From Negaprion brevirostris (taxonomy: Eukaryota): a stretch of 64,000 nt of DNA. Made by a program: the position numbers and the translations under genes. The stretch covers positions 77,948,896 to 78,012,895 of the forward strand of contig JARDVH010000132.1 of assembly GCA_030324005.1 (NCBI GenBank), written 5' to 3'. Shown piece after piece: positions 39,760-53,190 of this stretch. The notes beneath the pieces are model-generated. The model made no database searches and was not told the DNA's origin. It worked only from the letters and a program-made list of their open reading frames with translations. Numbering within the stretch: position 1 is the stretch's first letter; the number at the start of each line of letters is the position of its first letter.

Positions 39760-41412
39760 GTCATAGAGTCTTGGAGGTTTACAGCATGGAAANNNNNNNN
39801 NNCTTTTTTTAAAATCCCTAAGCTAGTCCCAATTGCCCACATTTGGCCCATATCCCTCTATATGCATCTTACCCATGTAACTGTCTAAACACTTTTTAAA
39901 ATACAAAATTGTACCCACCTCTACTACTACTGGAAGCTTGTTCCAGACACTCACCACCCTCTGTGCGAAAAAAAAAATGCCCCTCTGGACCATCTTGTCT
40001 CTCTCCCTTCTCGTCTGAAACCTGTGCCCTCTAGTTTTAGACTCCCGAACCTTTGGGAAAAGATATTGACTATCTAGCTGATCTATGCCCCCCATTATTT
40101 TATAGACCTCTATAAGATCACCCCTCAGCCTCCTAAATTCCAGAGAAAAAAGCCCTAGTCTATCAAGCCACTCCTTATAACTCAGACTATCAAGTTCCGG
40201 TAGCATCCTAGTAAATCTTTTCTGCACTCTTTCTAGTTTAATAATGTCTTTCCAAAATAGGGCGACCAGAACTATACACAGTATTCCAAGTGTGGCCTGA
40301 CCAGTGGCTTGTACAACTTTAACAAGACATCCCAACTCCTGTATTCAATGTTCTGACCAATGAAACCAAGCATGCTAAATGCCTTCTTCACCAATCTGTC
40401 CACCTGTGACTCCATTTTCAAGGAACTATGAACCTGTACCTCTAGATCTCTTTACTTTGTAACTCTCCCCAGTGCCCTGCCATTAAATGAGTAGGCCATG
40501 TCCTGGTTCAATATACCAAAATGCATCATCTAGCATTTATCTAAATTAAACTCCATTTGCCATTCATCAGCCCACTGGCCCAATTGATCAAGATCCTGTT
40601 GCAATCCGAGATAACCTTCTTCACTGTCCACNNNNNNNNNNNNNNNNNNNNNNNNNNNNNNNNNNNNNNNNNNNNNNNNNNNNNNNNNNNNNNNNNNNNN
40701 NNNNNNNNNNNNNNNNNNNNNNNNNNNNNNNNNNNNNNNNNNNNNNNNNNNNNNNNNNNNNNNNNNNNNNNNNNNNNNNNNNNNNNNNNNNNNNNNNNNN
40801 NNNNNNNNNNNNNNNNNNNNNNNNNNNNNNNNNNNNNNNNNNNNNNNNNNNNNNNNNNNNNNNNNNNNNNNNNNNNNNNNNNNNNNNNNNNNNNNNNNNN
40901 NNNNNNNNNNNNNNNNNNNNNNNNACAACATCAACTGCACTGCCCTCATCTACCTTCTTGATTATCCCTTCAAACAACCCAATCAAATTTGTGAGACATG
41001 ACTTTCCACTCACAAAGCCATGCTGACTGTCCGTAATCAGTCCTTGTGTCTCTAAATACCAGTAGATTCTGTCCCTCAAAATATCTTCCAACAACTTACC
41101 CACCACAGATGTGAGGCTCACTGGCCTTAGCTCCCAGGCTTTTCCCTGCAGCCCTTTCTAAACAGAAGCACAACATTTACCGGCCTCCAGTCTTCAGGTA
41201 TCTCACCTGTGACTATCAATGATTCAAATATCTCTGGCTAGGGGACCTGCAATTACCTCTGTAACCTCGCACAATGTCCTGGGATACATTTCATCAGGTC
41301 CTGGGGATTTATCTTCCTTGATGTGCTGTAAGACTTCCAGCACCTCCTTCTCTGTAAAATGTACACGCCTCAAGACATCACTATTTATTTCCCCAAATTC
41401 CCTAACATCCAT
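39760..41412 (-). mobile_element. CR1/HER1-type LINE, 5'-truncated ORF2 with gap
   Basis: KSPGPDEMYPR, SLTSVVGKLLE, QHGFVSGKSCLTNL, LQQDLD...WQMEFNLDKC, LERVQKRFTRM, RRLRGDLIEVYKI. Confidence 0.95.
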
Positions 41413-42619
41413 TCTGGCTTTTTTTGCATTATTCTAGTTTTTTTTTAAGTTTTAGCTTTTTCTGCATTATTCTGTTATTTACCACAGATTTTGTTTTTTT
41501 GCTTGATTATGGGAAATCCAACAATGCAACAAGGCTATAATTCAATAATGGAAGTTTGTAGCTAGGATGGAATGTATATTTTTGTTTCTGAAGATTGACT
41601 CAAATCCCAAATTTTTCAGGCATTACCCTGATCATCAAATTGATTTGTTTAAACACAGGATTCCCTACAGTTACAATTATGTTGTCATTTGAAATTTTAA
41701 TCAGCAGATCACAATTATCTCTGATCAAAGAATCAACTTGATAGCTTTAAGCCCTCATCTGTCTTTATTTTACATTGACAGAAACAATATTCAAAACAGT
41801 ACATAAAGGTTTGACTCAAGTTCGTTTCCCCAAGAGCTTCATAAAAGATTCTATGCAGGTATAAATTGTAGAATGGCATCAGCTTCAACGTCGTCAGTTT
41901 CAAAAGACCTACATATAATAAGATTTTCACATGGGACAGGTAGCTAAAAATCCATGACGTAGGCTAACGATTGTCATTAGGAAGTTAATTATGCTGTTTT
42001 ATTCAGAAATAACCCATTCCCTTAGCAGGAGAACATTGTCGACTTTATTTTACAATCTCAGGTTGTTTCCTGGGTCTTCATCATTTTTGCGAGCTGGAGT
42101 TTTATTTTTGACTTTTCACCATTCCTCTTCTCAAAATGGTGACCTTTTGTGAGGATACAGTTCTATAAGCAATAGCAACTCTCAGTGTATCATCCAGGTA
42201 GTTATTCTTCATGCATCAGCCTGAACAGTGATTACTTGTAGAGAACATTGTTATTAAGTGCATTCCTGCTTTCGTGTGGCACATGCACTTCCAGCACAGT
42301 GACTGGACACAATGATAAGTGAAAACCCGATTCAATTTCTTTCCTAATCTAATAAACACAGACTGTTCTGCTCAGTTTGCTTCATTGTAAAATCATTTGT
42401 TACATTAACTCACAAGGTCATCAGTTTTATATAAACATTAGTCAATGGTGATCTTTTTCTGGTCCATAGTTTCCACAGTTTATCTTGCTTACTATTTAAT
42501 TTCTACTGAGCAGTCCTTGGAGACATTAGTATTATTACTCCATGTTCAAAGTCAGATGCTATATCTTCTCTTCATCTGCTCCAGTTTGGAGAAGAACTTA
42601 TATTGGAAGGGAAGGATTC

Positions 42620-43480
42620 CATTGTCATGGTCCACATAGCTACCAATGACATACGTAGAATGAGGAAAGAGGTTCTGCATTGAGAGTTTGAGGAGCTAGG
42701 CAGTAAATTAAACAGTAGAACCTCCAAGGTTATAATCTCTATAAGACATAGGAACAGAATTAGGCCACTCGGCCCATCAAGTCTGCTTGCCATTCAATCA
42801 TAGATAATATTTTTCTCATCTCCATACGCCTTTTCCCTATAACCCCTGATCCCTTTATTAATCAAGAACCTATCTATCTCTGGATTATTACGTAAGCTAC
42901 ATGCAAATTGACATAGGATAGATAAAATTAGATGGATGAATATGTAGCTCAAAGACTTGTATGGGAGAAGTGGGTTTTGGTTCATGGGGCACTGGCATCA
43001 GTACTGGGGAAAATGGGGCTGTACCATTGTGACGGCCTACACCTGAGACCACTGTCCTTTCAAACTGCCTAACTAGGGAAGCAGAGAGGGCTTTAAATTA
43101 AATAGAGGGGGAGGTGGGGGAGTGGGGCGGTGGTTCTGGGGGGGGCGGGGAATACGTAGGCTTATAAAGCAGCAGGATATGTTAGCATTGCAAAGCATCT
43201 ATTTAGGTAATGATACCAGAGTGCGACAGGGAGAGACATTAGGGAATGGCAGAAAATACGGTTAAAGGGGAAAATGACCAAAAAGCAAAATTAGTGTCTC
43301 TTTACCGTATAGCATTTGGTACAAAATAACTGAATTAATAGCACAAATTGATGTTAATGAGTATGATCTTAGAACCATTATAGAGATGTGGTTACAAGGA
43401 GATTAAAGCTGGGAAATAAATATTCAGGGGTATATGACTTTTTGTAAGGACAAGGTGGAAGGAAAGAATGATAGGGTAAC
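42620..43480 (+). mobile_element. CR1 ORF1 esterase (SGNH) domain and start of ORF2 endonuclease, decayed; interrupted by a reverse CR1 tail (42741-42875)
   Basis: VHIATND...ELGSKLNSRTSKVIIS/GLL...DGLHL, then ELIAQID..EYDL and WEINIQGY; the insert is flanked by atctct repeats. Confidence 0.8.
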
Positions 43481-43489
43481 TTCATCTTA

Positions 43490-44392
43490 TGAGGTCAGGT
43501 TGGATCTGTACTCATTGGAGCTTAGCGCAATGAGGGGCAACCTTATTGAGACATTTAGGATTCTCAAGGAGTTTGACAGGGTGGACGCTGAGAGGTTGTT
43601 TCCCGTTGTGTGAGAATCTAGGACCAGAGGTCATAATCTCGGAGTAAGGGGTCACCTATTTAGATCAGAAGTGAGGAAGAGTTTTTTTTTTCTCTCAGGA
43701 GGTAATGAATCTGTAGAATTATTTACTGTACAGCACTGGTTTTCAGTTTTTTTTTCCGGTGACCCACTTTTACAAAATGGCCAGCCCTCATAGCCCACTG
43801 ACCAGGCAAGCTGCAATACTGCTGCTAAAGATGCAATTCTAACAGGATTTACTATATATTTAAAAATATATCTTCTTACTTTTTCCTTTCATAAAGTGCA
43901 CATAACTTGAATTGTATCAGGCAATGCTAAGCTTTTCCTCCTCATGCTGGCGATTTCATTGTCTGAGTCAAGGGACCCTCATTGTCATATCACCTTCTAC
44001 AAAATTTGCACTATAAACAGAACATCCCACTTTTCTTTTGAACTGGACCACAGGACATCTCACAATGCTTTGAAAAAGATGGCAGAATATCCCATGTTTT
44101 GTCAAACATGATACCTGACATGATACACTTTCAACATCCCTGCAACCCATGCACAGATCGCGACCCCACTTTGAAAGATCCTGCCGTAGAGGGCTGTAGA
44201 GATGGGTCACTAATTGTGTTCAACGCTGCGATGGACAGGTTTTTAATCAGTATGGGAATCAAGAGTTATGCGGATAAGATAGGAAAATGGAGTTGAGGAT
44301 TATCATATCTGATCAGACATGATCTCATTGAAAGAGCAGAGCAGACTCCATGGACCGAATGGTCTACGTCTGCTCCTATGTCTTATGGTCTT
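43490..44392 (+). mobile_element. CR1 3' end interrupted by a hAT element
   Basis: LDLYSLE..MRGNLIETFRIL; tail resumes at 44184 and ends cctatgtcttatggtc. Confidence 0.8.
43734..44183. mobile_element. Non-autonomous hAT (Charlie-like) DNA transposon
   Basis: Termini cactggttttca... and ...ttgaaagatcctg, subterminal gacccac motifs, diverged 8-bp TSD ctgtacag/ccgtagag. Confidence 0.65.
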
Positions 44393-44639
44393 TATTGCAC
44401 AATCTTCTGTAGTTCACTGGTGTTTCTGTTCTCTTCCTGGAATATTGGAACCTCCATAGTCCTGTCCAAAGAAGAATAATCAACAGACAATTTCAGAAGC
44501 ACTGGTGGAGAAAGTGTTCTCATCAGAATAGATACAACAAAGATAAACTAGGAGAATAGAAAAGAGTCCTTACAGAATGTAAGTTGGAATGAAATATAGT
44601 TATGTTAACTCTTGGAGTCAATGTGAGTTGAAGGGAAAC

Positions 44640-44960
44640 TTGCAGATGGTCTTCTCACGTGACTGCTGCCCTTACTCTTCTAGGTGGTAGAGTTCACGAG
44701 TTTGGAAACCACTGTTAAAGAAGCCTTAATAAATTGTTGCAGAGCATGCTGTAAACAGTACATAGTGCTGCTATTGTGCAACAGTGGTGAGGGAGTGAAT
44801 GGCTAAGATGGTGGATATGGTACCAATTAAATAGTGCTTTGTCATGAATGGTGTTGAGTTTCTTGAGTGTTGTTGTAGCAACAGTCATTAGGCAAATGGA
44901 GAATATTCCATGACACCCCTGAGTTGTGCTTTGTAAGTGGTGAAAAGTTCTCGCTGCCAG
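44640..44960 (-). mobile_element. LINE 3' fragment (CR1/L2 group)
   Basis: Minus-strand ATTTLKKLNTIHDKA...HSLPHH..TIAALCTVYSM peptide typical of LINE ORF2 ends. Confidence 0.6.
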
Positions 44961-47029
44961 CCAATGCTGGGCTGCCACAAAATACATGTGGAAGAAGCAG
45001 AAAATCCCACCCATTGGATGGAATTTTCCCATCTCACCCGCTTCGGGAATCATAGCATGTAAGACTTGGACCGTGCAAAGGTCCATTGACCTCAGGTGGA
45101 ATATTCTGGTCTTGGGATGAGTGGGGCCGCAAAATCCCACCCATTAGTTCTATTCCTCTCCACTGATGCTGCCTGGCCTGCTGAGTATTTACAGCATTTC
45201 CTTTTATTATTTCTGATTTGCAGCATCTGCAGTGTATTGCTTTTGTGTGTTTTTTTTAAATTGAGTTAATTGCTCAAAGAGCATTCATGTTAAATAAGTT
45301 ACTTGGGCCTTAAGTTAGACAAATCTCAGGAACCTGCTAGCCTACAGTTCATGATTCTAAGGAAAGTGTGATTGGAAGTAAAAGAAGCTGTAAGTTTAAT
45401 TATCCTAAGTTTTGTGGGAAAAACTTGCTGACAGAGGAGTGGAGTAAGACAACTGTGCCATCCCTTTTTAAAAGATGAGACAGAGATAAATTAAGAAATC
45501 AATTCATCTTACTTAAGTTGTTGCTGAACTATCAGACCTTTTCTTTTCTTATGTCCCACAGCTGGGGACTTTATTCCATTCAAAAAACCAAATTCAAATT
45601 GAATCCAATTCACGGTCTCCACAGGAGGAACAAACAAGGCCCAAGCTGACAAGATGAGGCATTGGACCCTGTCTTGGGCTTGATCTGATGCTTCACCTTA
45701 TGAAAAGGATGAGATGGCTTTGAAAAATTGCATCAGGTGAAGTCTAAGTTTAACCTCCAGCTACTCTGATCCTTTACTCTACTTCAGCCTGGACAAACCA
45801 CCAACTAAGCATCAGTACATCTGAAGTGCAATGGGCTAGCCTCATCATCTACTTCATCATGGTTTCACTCCTGTATTATGACAGGAGAACTTAAGGCAGG
45901 GTTCTCCCAACTTCTTGCTGTAACTATGGTTTGAGGTTTGCGAAACAATCAAGTTGAACTAAGTGGCTCATGCAGAGAAAAATATCATCTCAAACCTTAT
46001 AGGCCAAATAGCTTCTGCCTGCAATGTAACATTTTATGATTCTATGATGCCTTCAGTTAATGGCTTTCCTGTTTCCTGCTCTTTCAAGTTGTCCACAGTT
46101 TTTTTAAAATTTTCATGTCTGCAGCGTAGCAATGTCTTAACTTTAACAAGGTATTCTGGCATTCCTTTTTAACATCTCCAGCCATTTTTTCTTAAGGGAT
46201 ATACTTATTACATTTCTCATCTTTTAAGAATTCCTATTTTTCTCAAATTTAGTTCATTTCCTCATTAGCTACAATAAGAATTGTTTCACCATTAATTTAT
46301 GAATGAATACAATTTTTTATCTTAAGCTTGCTGTTTTAGAGCTTTCATTTTCCTTACTCATCTGGTAACAGTTTCTGATGAAGAGGGCTTGACATTTTTT
46401 CCTTGACAAACTCTATCTTCTGCATTATTTTTCACAAAGAAATAGTTCAAGACAGGGAAGAACTCAACAAATGACAGATGGATTCCAGAGGAGTGTTTGA
46501 TGTTAATGTTCAGTTGCAGCATTGTTTAATTCTGAAAATAAATAATTTTCATGTTTTTGCTGCAGAGTTCCTGAGCAGGAGCAGGGTACATCTCATTTTG
46601 AAATTGAATGGCGCAGTGATAGTTGGATCCAATCATTTTTTCTCAAAACCTTTTTAAGTAATTTTATTTGATCATATTTAACCCAGCTTAACTTTCACAA
46701 TCTTATTGTACGAGTATGGTCCAAACCCTGCTGTTCTCAAATCGACCCCTAACTCTGAAGCAACTTAAGTTGTATATCTTCTTATCTCTTATTGCAAGCT
46801 TGCTGAAAGATTAAGTTGCAACCTTTGGCTCTTTGGTACTTACATTATACATGTTACTGACAAGCATTTGATTGCAATTGTTCCTTTGTTACAACACATT
46901 CCATTCACAGCAATTGGAATACATGGTGTGAGTGATACTATGCACTACACCTTATTGAGCAGCTGTGGACAACACTGGATTTTTTTCTGCTGTGCTGCTA
47001 TATTTTCTTGTCCTTTCACAGTTTGTATG

Positions 47030-49015
47030 TCCTATGGTTCACTGACAGCACTTTCAGGTCAGTGTCAGAAGATTTCTAGGTTCAAGTCCCACTCCAGGGA
47101 TCTAAACACAAAATCTAGGCTGACACTTTAGCACTGTACACTGAAAGAGATGAGATGTTTTGGATGACCTTTTGGATGAGATATTATTCTGTTGTCTGTC
47201 CTCTCAGTGAACTTAAAATATCCCATGTCATTATTTTGAAGAGGTGCCATTGTGTTTTCCCCAGTTTCCTGGCCATTATTTGTTCTTCAAATAACATCAT
47301 TAGAGGCGATCACCTGATTTTTTTGATTTTATTTACTATTGTCACATGTGTTGGAATACAGTGAAAAGTATCGTTTCTTGCATGATATAGAGACAAAGCA
47401 TATCATTCATAGACTATATACAGGAGAAGGAAAGGTAAGGGTGCAGAATGTAGAGTTATAATCATAGCTAGGGCGTAGAAAAAGATCAACTTAATATAAG
47501 GTAGGTCCATTCAAAAGTCTGATGGCAGCAGAGAAGAATCTGTTCTTAAGTGAGTTGGTATGTTTTCTTAGGCTTTTGTATCTTTTTCCTGAAGAATGTG
47601 GAAGAGAGTATGTCCAGGGTGCATGGGGTCCTTGATTATGCTGACTGCTTTTATGAGGCAGCAGCAAGTGTATGTTGTGTCAATGGATGGGAGGCTGGTT
47701 TGCATGATGGGTGATCATTATCACATTGCAATTTGTGGGACCTTGCTGAGCACAAAATGGCTGCTGTTGTTAAACTTTTATAAGTCACTGGTTTGGTCCC
47801 AGTTAGAATATTTGGTTCAACTCTGCAATTATGCTTTAAGAAAGATGTCTTGGCCTTGAAGAGTTTAGAAACATAGAAACATAGAAACTAGAAGCAGCAT
47901 TCACAGGTTTTAAGTCGGTCCACCTCGTGTCCAACGAGGGGCATACACGCGATGTGACGTACTGGGGCTGCTCTTGGTGGTTCGAGATTGGCCTAGTGCT
48001 TCATGTCGTTAGTGTGTGCCTAAACTAGGCCAGATACTGGGCAAGACGACAGCTCAGTGACTATCGCTGATTGCTGTGCAGACACATGGATTTGGGCCGG
48101 TGTCNNNNNNNNNNNNNNNNNNNNNNNNNNNNNNNNNNNNNNNNNNNNNNNNNNNNNNNNNNNNNNNNNNNNNNNNNNNNNNNNNNNNNNNNNNNNNNNN
48201 NNNNCCTCAATCTGGATGGCCATAAAACATTAGATAGGGGTCATGGGTAGAGACGTGGTGTTGAGATGGCAGCGTGGGCTCATTGGGCCGAAGGGCCTGT
48301 TTCCCAGGCTGATTCTGTTCTTCTTTGAATAGCAGTGGGCCCTTTGGCCCTTTGAGCATGCTCCACCATTCATTTTGATCATGGATGATCATCAAATTCA
48401 ATATCCTGATTCCCCCACTTCCTCCTACATCCCTTGATCCCTATCGCCCCAAGAACTATATCTATAGATTGTACAGAAAATTTACCAGAATGTCATCAGG
48501 AATGAGTGACTTCAGTTATGTGCAAAAACATGAGAAGCTGGGATTCTTTTCCACTGAAGAGAGAAACTTAAGGGGGTATATATTGTGTTCAAAATTTTCA
48601 AGCTATTTCTGTAGAGTAAATAGTGAGAAACTGTTCACAGTGAACAAGGTTTGGGTAATTAAGGAATACAGATTAAAGAGAATTGGCAAAAAAATTACAG
48701 CACAGAGATGAGGAAAATTCTTTTGTTATGGAACAAGATGTAATGATCTAAAGCACAATAACTAAAATGGCAGATTCAGTGACGACCTTTACAAAGGAAT
48801 GGAATATATACATGAAAAGGAACAAAAACCTGGTATTTTGGGAAAAGAGACTGGAGTGGAACTGGTTGGATAGTCCTTTCAAAAGGCCAGCAGTATAATT
48901 CTATTATTTTATGATTACAACCATGACAAAGATCAAAAATACTTAAATGACTTTAAGGTGCTTTGGAATTTACTAAGGTTGTAAAAGGTGCTATATAGGT
49001 GCAAACCTTTCTTTC
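47030..49015 (+). mobile_element. SacSINE1/DeuSINE-like SINE split into three pieces (47030-47318, 47712-47767, 48913-49015) by nested LINE insertions
   Basis: Deu-domain-like tttggatgaga...tcccatgtcattattttgaagag...cctggcca; resumes tcattatcacattgc.atttgtggga.cttgctg; resumes attacaac...aaggtgctatata. Confidence 0.75.
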
Positions 49016-49469
49016 ATTTGTGTGGAATTCAATGTGTTGCATTCATGTAATACACAGGAAATGTTTTCTGATGCCAATAGTAATTCAGAAATAGAGCATA
49101 GACGGTTGACAGTTCAGCCGAGCATGCACAGAAATTTTAATCCTGAAGGTATCAAAACATTTCTCCTTATTGGTTGTGTTGTTTCAATGCTCTTATTCAC
49201 TTTAACAAATGGTGCTTTTTAGAATTGCTAATTATATTTTATCAAATCTATGAGATAGAGAAAAACATCAGAATAAAATGGGGAATTTTCTCTGAATAAT
49301 AGTGATAAAATTCAGCACTTCTAATATATGTTTAGATCAAATAAGATGAAGGTTATATTGAATGTTATCATATGACATTGCTTCCTCTTCATTCATTGAT
49401 TCCAGGACCTTTTAAAAATAATACAAATAATAAAAATGACAATCAAAGCCTAAAAAATCCAAGAATATT

Positions 49470-49680
49470 TGAAAACTGAAATAAAAATAGAAAATGCTAG
49501 AAACATATAGCAAGCCAGTAAGTATCTGTAAAGTGAATAAACAGGTCGATATTTTGTGTGTAGGTTCTTCATCAGGATCCCATCAAAATTCCACACCTTT
49601 AAATGTTAACCTGCCATTTTTCACCACAGATGTTCATCGACCTGCTTTACTTTTTAGAGGCTCCTTTGTTTCTGAAAACA
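49470..49680. repeat. Decayed palindromic Penelope-type repeat
   Basis: aaataaaaatagaaaatgctagaaa... arm followed by an inverted arm ...ccacagatgttcatcgacctgc. Confidence 0.5.
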
Positions 49681-50689
49681 CTGCAGAGTTTAATTATCAA
49701 AATAAGCAAATTGATAATGTTAAATTAAGTATTATTATAAAAGCTTAAGTAAAATAGCTTGTTTGTAAGTATTAGGACTTGATAATTAATAGACATCTGC
49801 AACATATACAAGTAGGGAAAATGTCTTGGCAATGTCTGGTTTAAAAACCTAAGGACAGAAGTGGTACATGATGCAGGATTTTATTTGTCCCATTTCCCTT
49901 TTATTTGTGCAGTTCTTCAGTTCAAAGTCAGAGGTATTAAAGCTGGGAGGAATGCTGATACATCATATTACATAATAAGCAACTTAAAACTGGAATATTT
50001 TCTTAATCAGTGGTATCTAATTTATTAACTGAATAAAGAAAATTTATTGTGCTGGCCGCTCCTNNNNNNNNNNGCTCCTTTATGTCTTAGCTCTGAAAGT
50101 ATTTTGTTTATGTCAATCCTACAATTTTTAATCTCATATCTATGAAGCCCAGTCTTCCAGACTCCAGCACAAATAACTGCGCACAACACCGTTGTTTCAG
50201 ACTCAAGATGGAGAACGGCTGCAATCAGGACTTGATGTATTTTCTACATCTTAATCTGACCAAAAAAGGATGCATTTGCATGCTACAATCAGCCTAAGGC
50301 CTAGGAAGACTGAAGGATTTTTAGTTTCTGAGAAAGTGGATACTATAATCACAACAGCTCAGAGTTACAGCTATAGCTGACTAGACCTACCAAATTGGGG
50401 ATGTGATGTGATGCCATGTCATTAAGCAAACAGTACAGAAGAGTTGCTAGGGAACTACCGTTTTCCATTATATACTCACTGGCTAAATAATCCATTCAAG
50501 CTGTGTGCACCTATAGACTGCATTCTTGCTGCAAAGCTGATCCTGACCATGATGCTGAAAATACACTAATATGTTTCCTATTTAATCATACCAAATCTAA
50601 TACTTAAAGAAAGGAAACTTATGATAAGCATATAGTTATCTCGTGCTGGCTCTGTACAATTCATTGAACACACTTTAGCCTTTTGGGTG

Positions 50690-52230
50690 TGACAGACCTT
50701 GGGGAAAGTGTTGTGCTTGGGGAAGGTTTTAGGAGGGTGTTGAGCCTCTGGAATGGTGTTAGACCTCCATCATGGAAGGGTGGGGAGAATGCAGTCAGAC
50801 ATTTTGGAGATAAAAAGCATTGAGAGGAGGCATCAAGCTTCAGGGAGGGATGTACAGCTGGACAACTGTCAGGTCTTCAGTGGGGGTTGGGTCTCAGTTC
50901 AGGTCCATACCTGTGGGAGGTAACAGTGAGAGTCAAGCCAGCCAGGGGTAGATGGGGAAGGAGCCCTGTGTGAGTTTGGGTAATGGGAGCGTTCTGGAGG
51001 TTTGGCAGAGAATGGGAAGTCCTGTGTGATACTTTGGTGAGGGGTGGGGGGGGCTAGTTTCCTGGAAATAAAGGGGTTTGGGGAAGACCTCTGGTGGTCA
51101 GCGGGGTGGTGAGTCCTATGGTTAGGAGGAAGGGCGGGAGGGGGTGCAAGTGAAGGATGGAGGTTGGGGGAGTCCCCTACAGGGTCAAGGTGTGGGAGGA
51201 GTCTCATGGGAAGTTGGTCAGAGTCTGAACAATAGTTATCTAGAAGTTCAAAGTGCTTTCATTCTTCTAACCTTTTCTGGATAATATAGGTATAACCGAG
51301 TCAGAGCCATCTGATGTTTGCCATTTAAATCACGTTTTCAGCTGGTTTCCAGAAAGGGCAATTGCCAATGAAGTTTGTACTTATGGGAAATTATCATGCA
51401 ATCGCTACCTATAACTATTTGAAGCGAGTTTCCCAGTACATTTTTGGGATACCCCTATATCCAATACTGGGAAACTTGAATGTTAGTGTCCAACAAAGAA
51501 ATCACTAGCTAACATGCAGACTTTTGGAGCCATAACTGTAGACCAGCAATGGAAAGTGATGGTCTGCTGGAATTAGAAGATTTCAATGTGCACTTACCTC
51601 ATCTGAAGAATGCACTTCCAATTGTCAGAATTGCTTGAAGCTTCCATTAAAGGAGTCCCCACAGGCCTCAACCCAGTCCAGCTGTTGTGGGTTCAAGGAG
51701 GTCACATCCCTGTTGATCCCGCACTAGCTGCCATAAAGCAGCTAAGTTTAAAGGGCCCAGTGAAACTGACAGGCAGGGAGGAGGTAAATGTCCAAGGTAA
51801 GTGCATGGGATTTGGATGGTTGGGAATATCAGAGTTTGGAGTGGTGTGTGGTGACAGGTTGGGGCTGGTAGGGAGATCAATGAAGTGGAGGCATTGGAGA
51901 TCAGTACAGGGCGGGGTCGGAGGACAGAAGTGGAGAGGCGGTGGAGGTCAGTGAGTTAGAGGTGTCAGGTTGGGATGGGTCTGTGGGTCAAGGGGATCGG
52001 GTCTGATGTGGAGATTTGGTAGGGTCAGCAGTGGGGAGTCCTTGGTGGGGAAAACCCTGGGAGGAGGGATAGTCAGATGTGTGGGGGAGTCTCCTGGGGG
52101 TTTGGAAGTTTGGAGGAGGGCCCCATGGGGGGATCGGCCTGGGTGTTTACAATAGTTACCAAATGTTAGGAGAAGTTTTAATTCTTCCAAACTTTTCTGA
52201 GTAATTATTGGTGTAACACTGCAACTTAAA
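50690..52230. repeat. G-rich, strand-asymmetric repeat with two related units
   Basis: G-rich tracts each end in acaatagtta..c....ag...attcttc.aa.cttttctg (near 51230 and 52150). Confidence 0.55.
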
Positions 52231-52984
52231 NNNNNNNNNNNNNNNNNNNNNNNNNNNNNNNNNNNNNNNNNNNNNNNNNNNNNNNNNNNNNNNNNNNNNN
52301 NNNNNNNNNNNNNNNNNNNNNNNNNNNNNNNNNNNNNNNNNNNNNNNNNNNNNNNNNNNNNNNNNNNNNNNNNNNNNNNNNNNNNNNNNNNNNNNNNNNN
52401 NNNNNNNNNNNNNNNNNNNNNNNNNNNNNNNNNNNNNNNNNNNNNNNNNNNNNNNNNNNNNNNNNNNNNNNNNNNNNNNNNNNNNNNNNNNNNNNNNNNN
52501 NNNNNNNNNNNNNNNNNNNNNNNNNNNNNNNNNNNNNNNNNNNNNNNNNNNNNNNNNNNNNNNNNNNNNNNNNNNNNNNNNNNNNNNNNNNNNNNNNNNN
52601 NNNNNNNNNNNNNNNNNNNNNNNNNNNNNNNNNNNNNNNNNNNNNNNNNNNNNNNNNNNNNNNNNNNNNNNNNNNNNNNNNNNNNNNNNNNNNNNNNNNN
52701 NNNNNNNNNNNNNNNNNNNNNNNNNNNNNNNNNNNNNNNNNNNNNNNNNNNNNNNNNNNNNNNTTGCACAGGAAAATCCAGCAAGTTACAAAATAACATC
52801 TTAGGGAGACTGTTAAATGGCTTAAAATGTGATGACTTGGAAAATTGCTTCAATGGTGATCGAGAAAAATTGAATTTTTGAAGTGATGCCACATAATGTT
52901 CAGAACAATCTTTTTCACAAAACGAGACAGAAAAAAAAGATAGAAGATATTTTCAGTTTATTACTAAATATTTTTCACCTCAGT

Positions 52985-53190
52985 TCGGCTCAGCAGTGGC
53001 ATTTTCATCTCTGACTTTGAAGATTTGGTTTCAAATCTCACTTTAGGACTTGAGCACATAAGAGGTTACTGCTTCATTGTTGTGGTGAGGCAATGCTTCA
53101 CTGTTGGAGGGATGTCAAGGCAAAACCTAACCTACCTTTTTCAATGGAATGTAAAAAAATCTCACTGCGCTATTCAAAGTGTAGGGAAGA
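52985..53190 (+). mobile_element. Decayed DeuSINE-like SINE
   Basis: Similar to the 47030 head (ttcaaatctcact...ggacttgagcacata...gcgctattcaaag). Confidence 0.55.
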
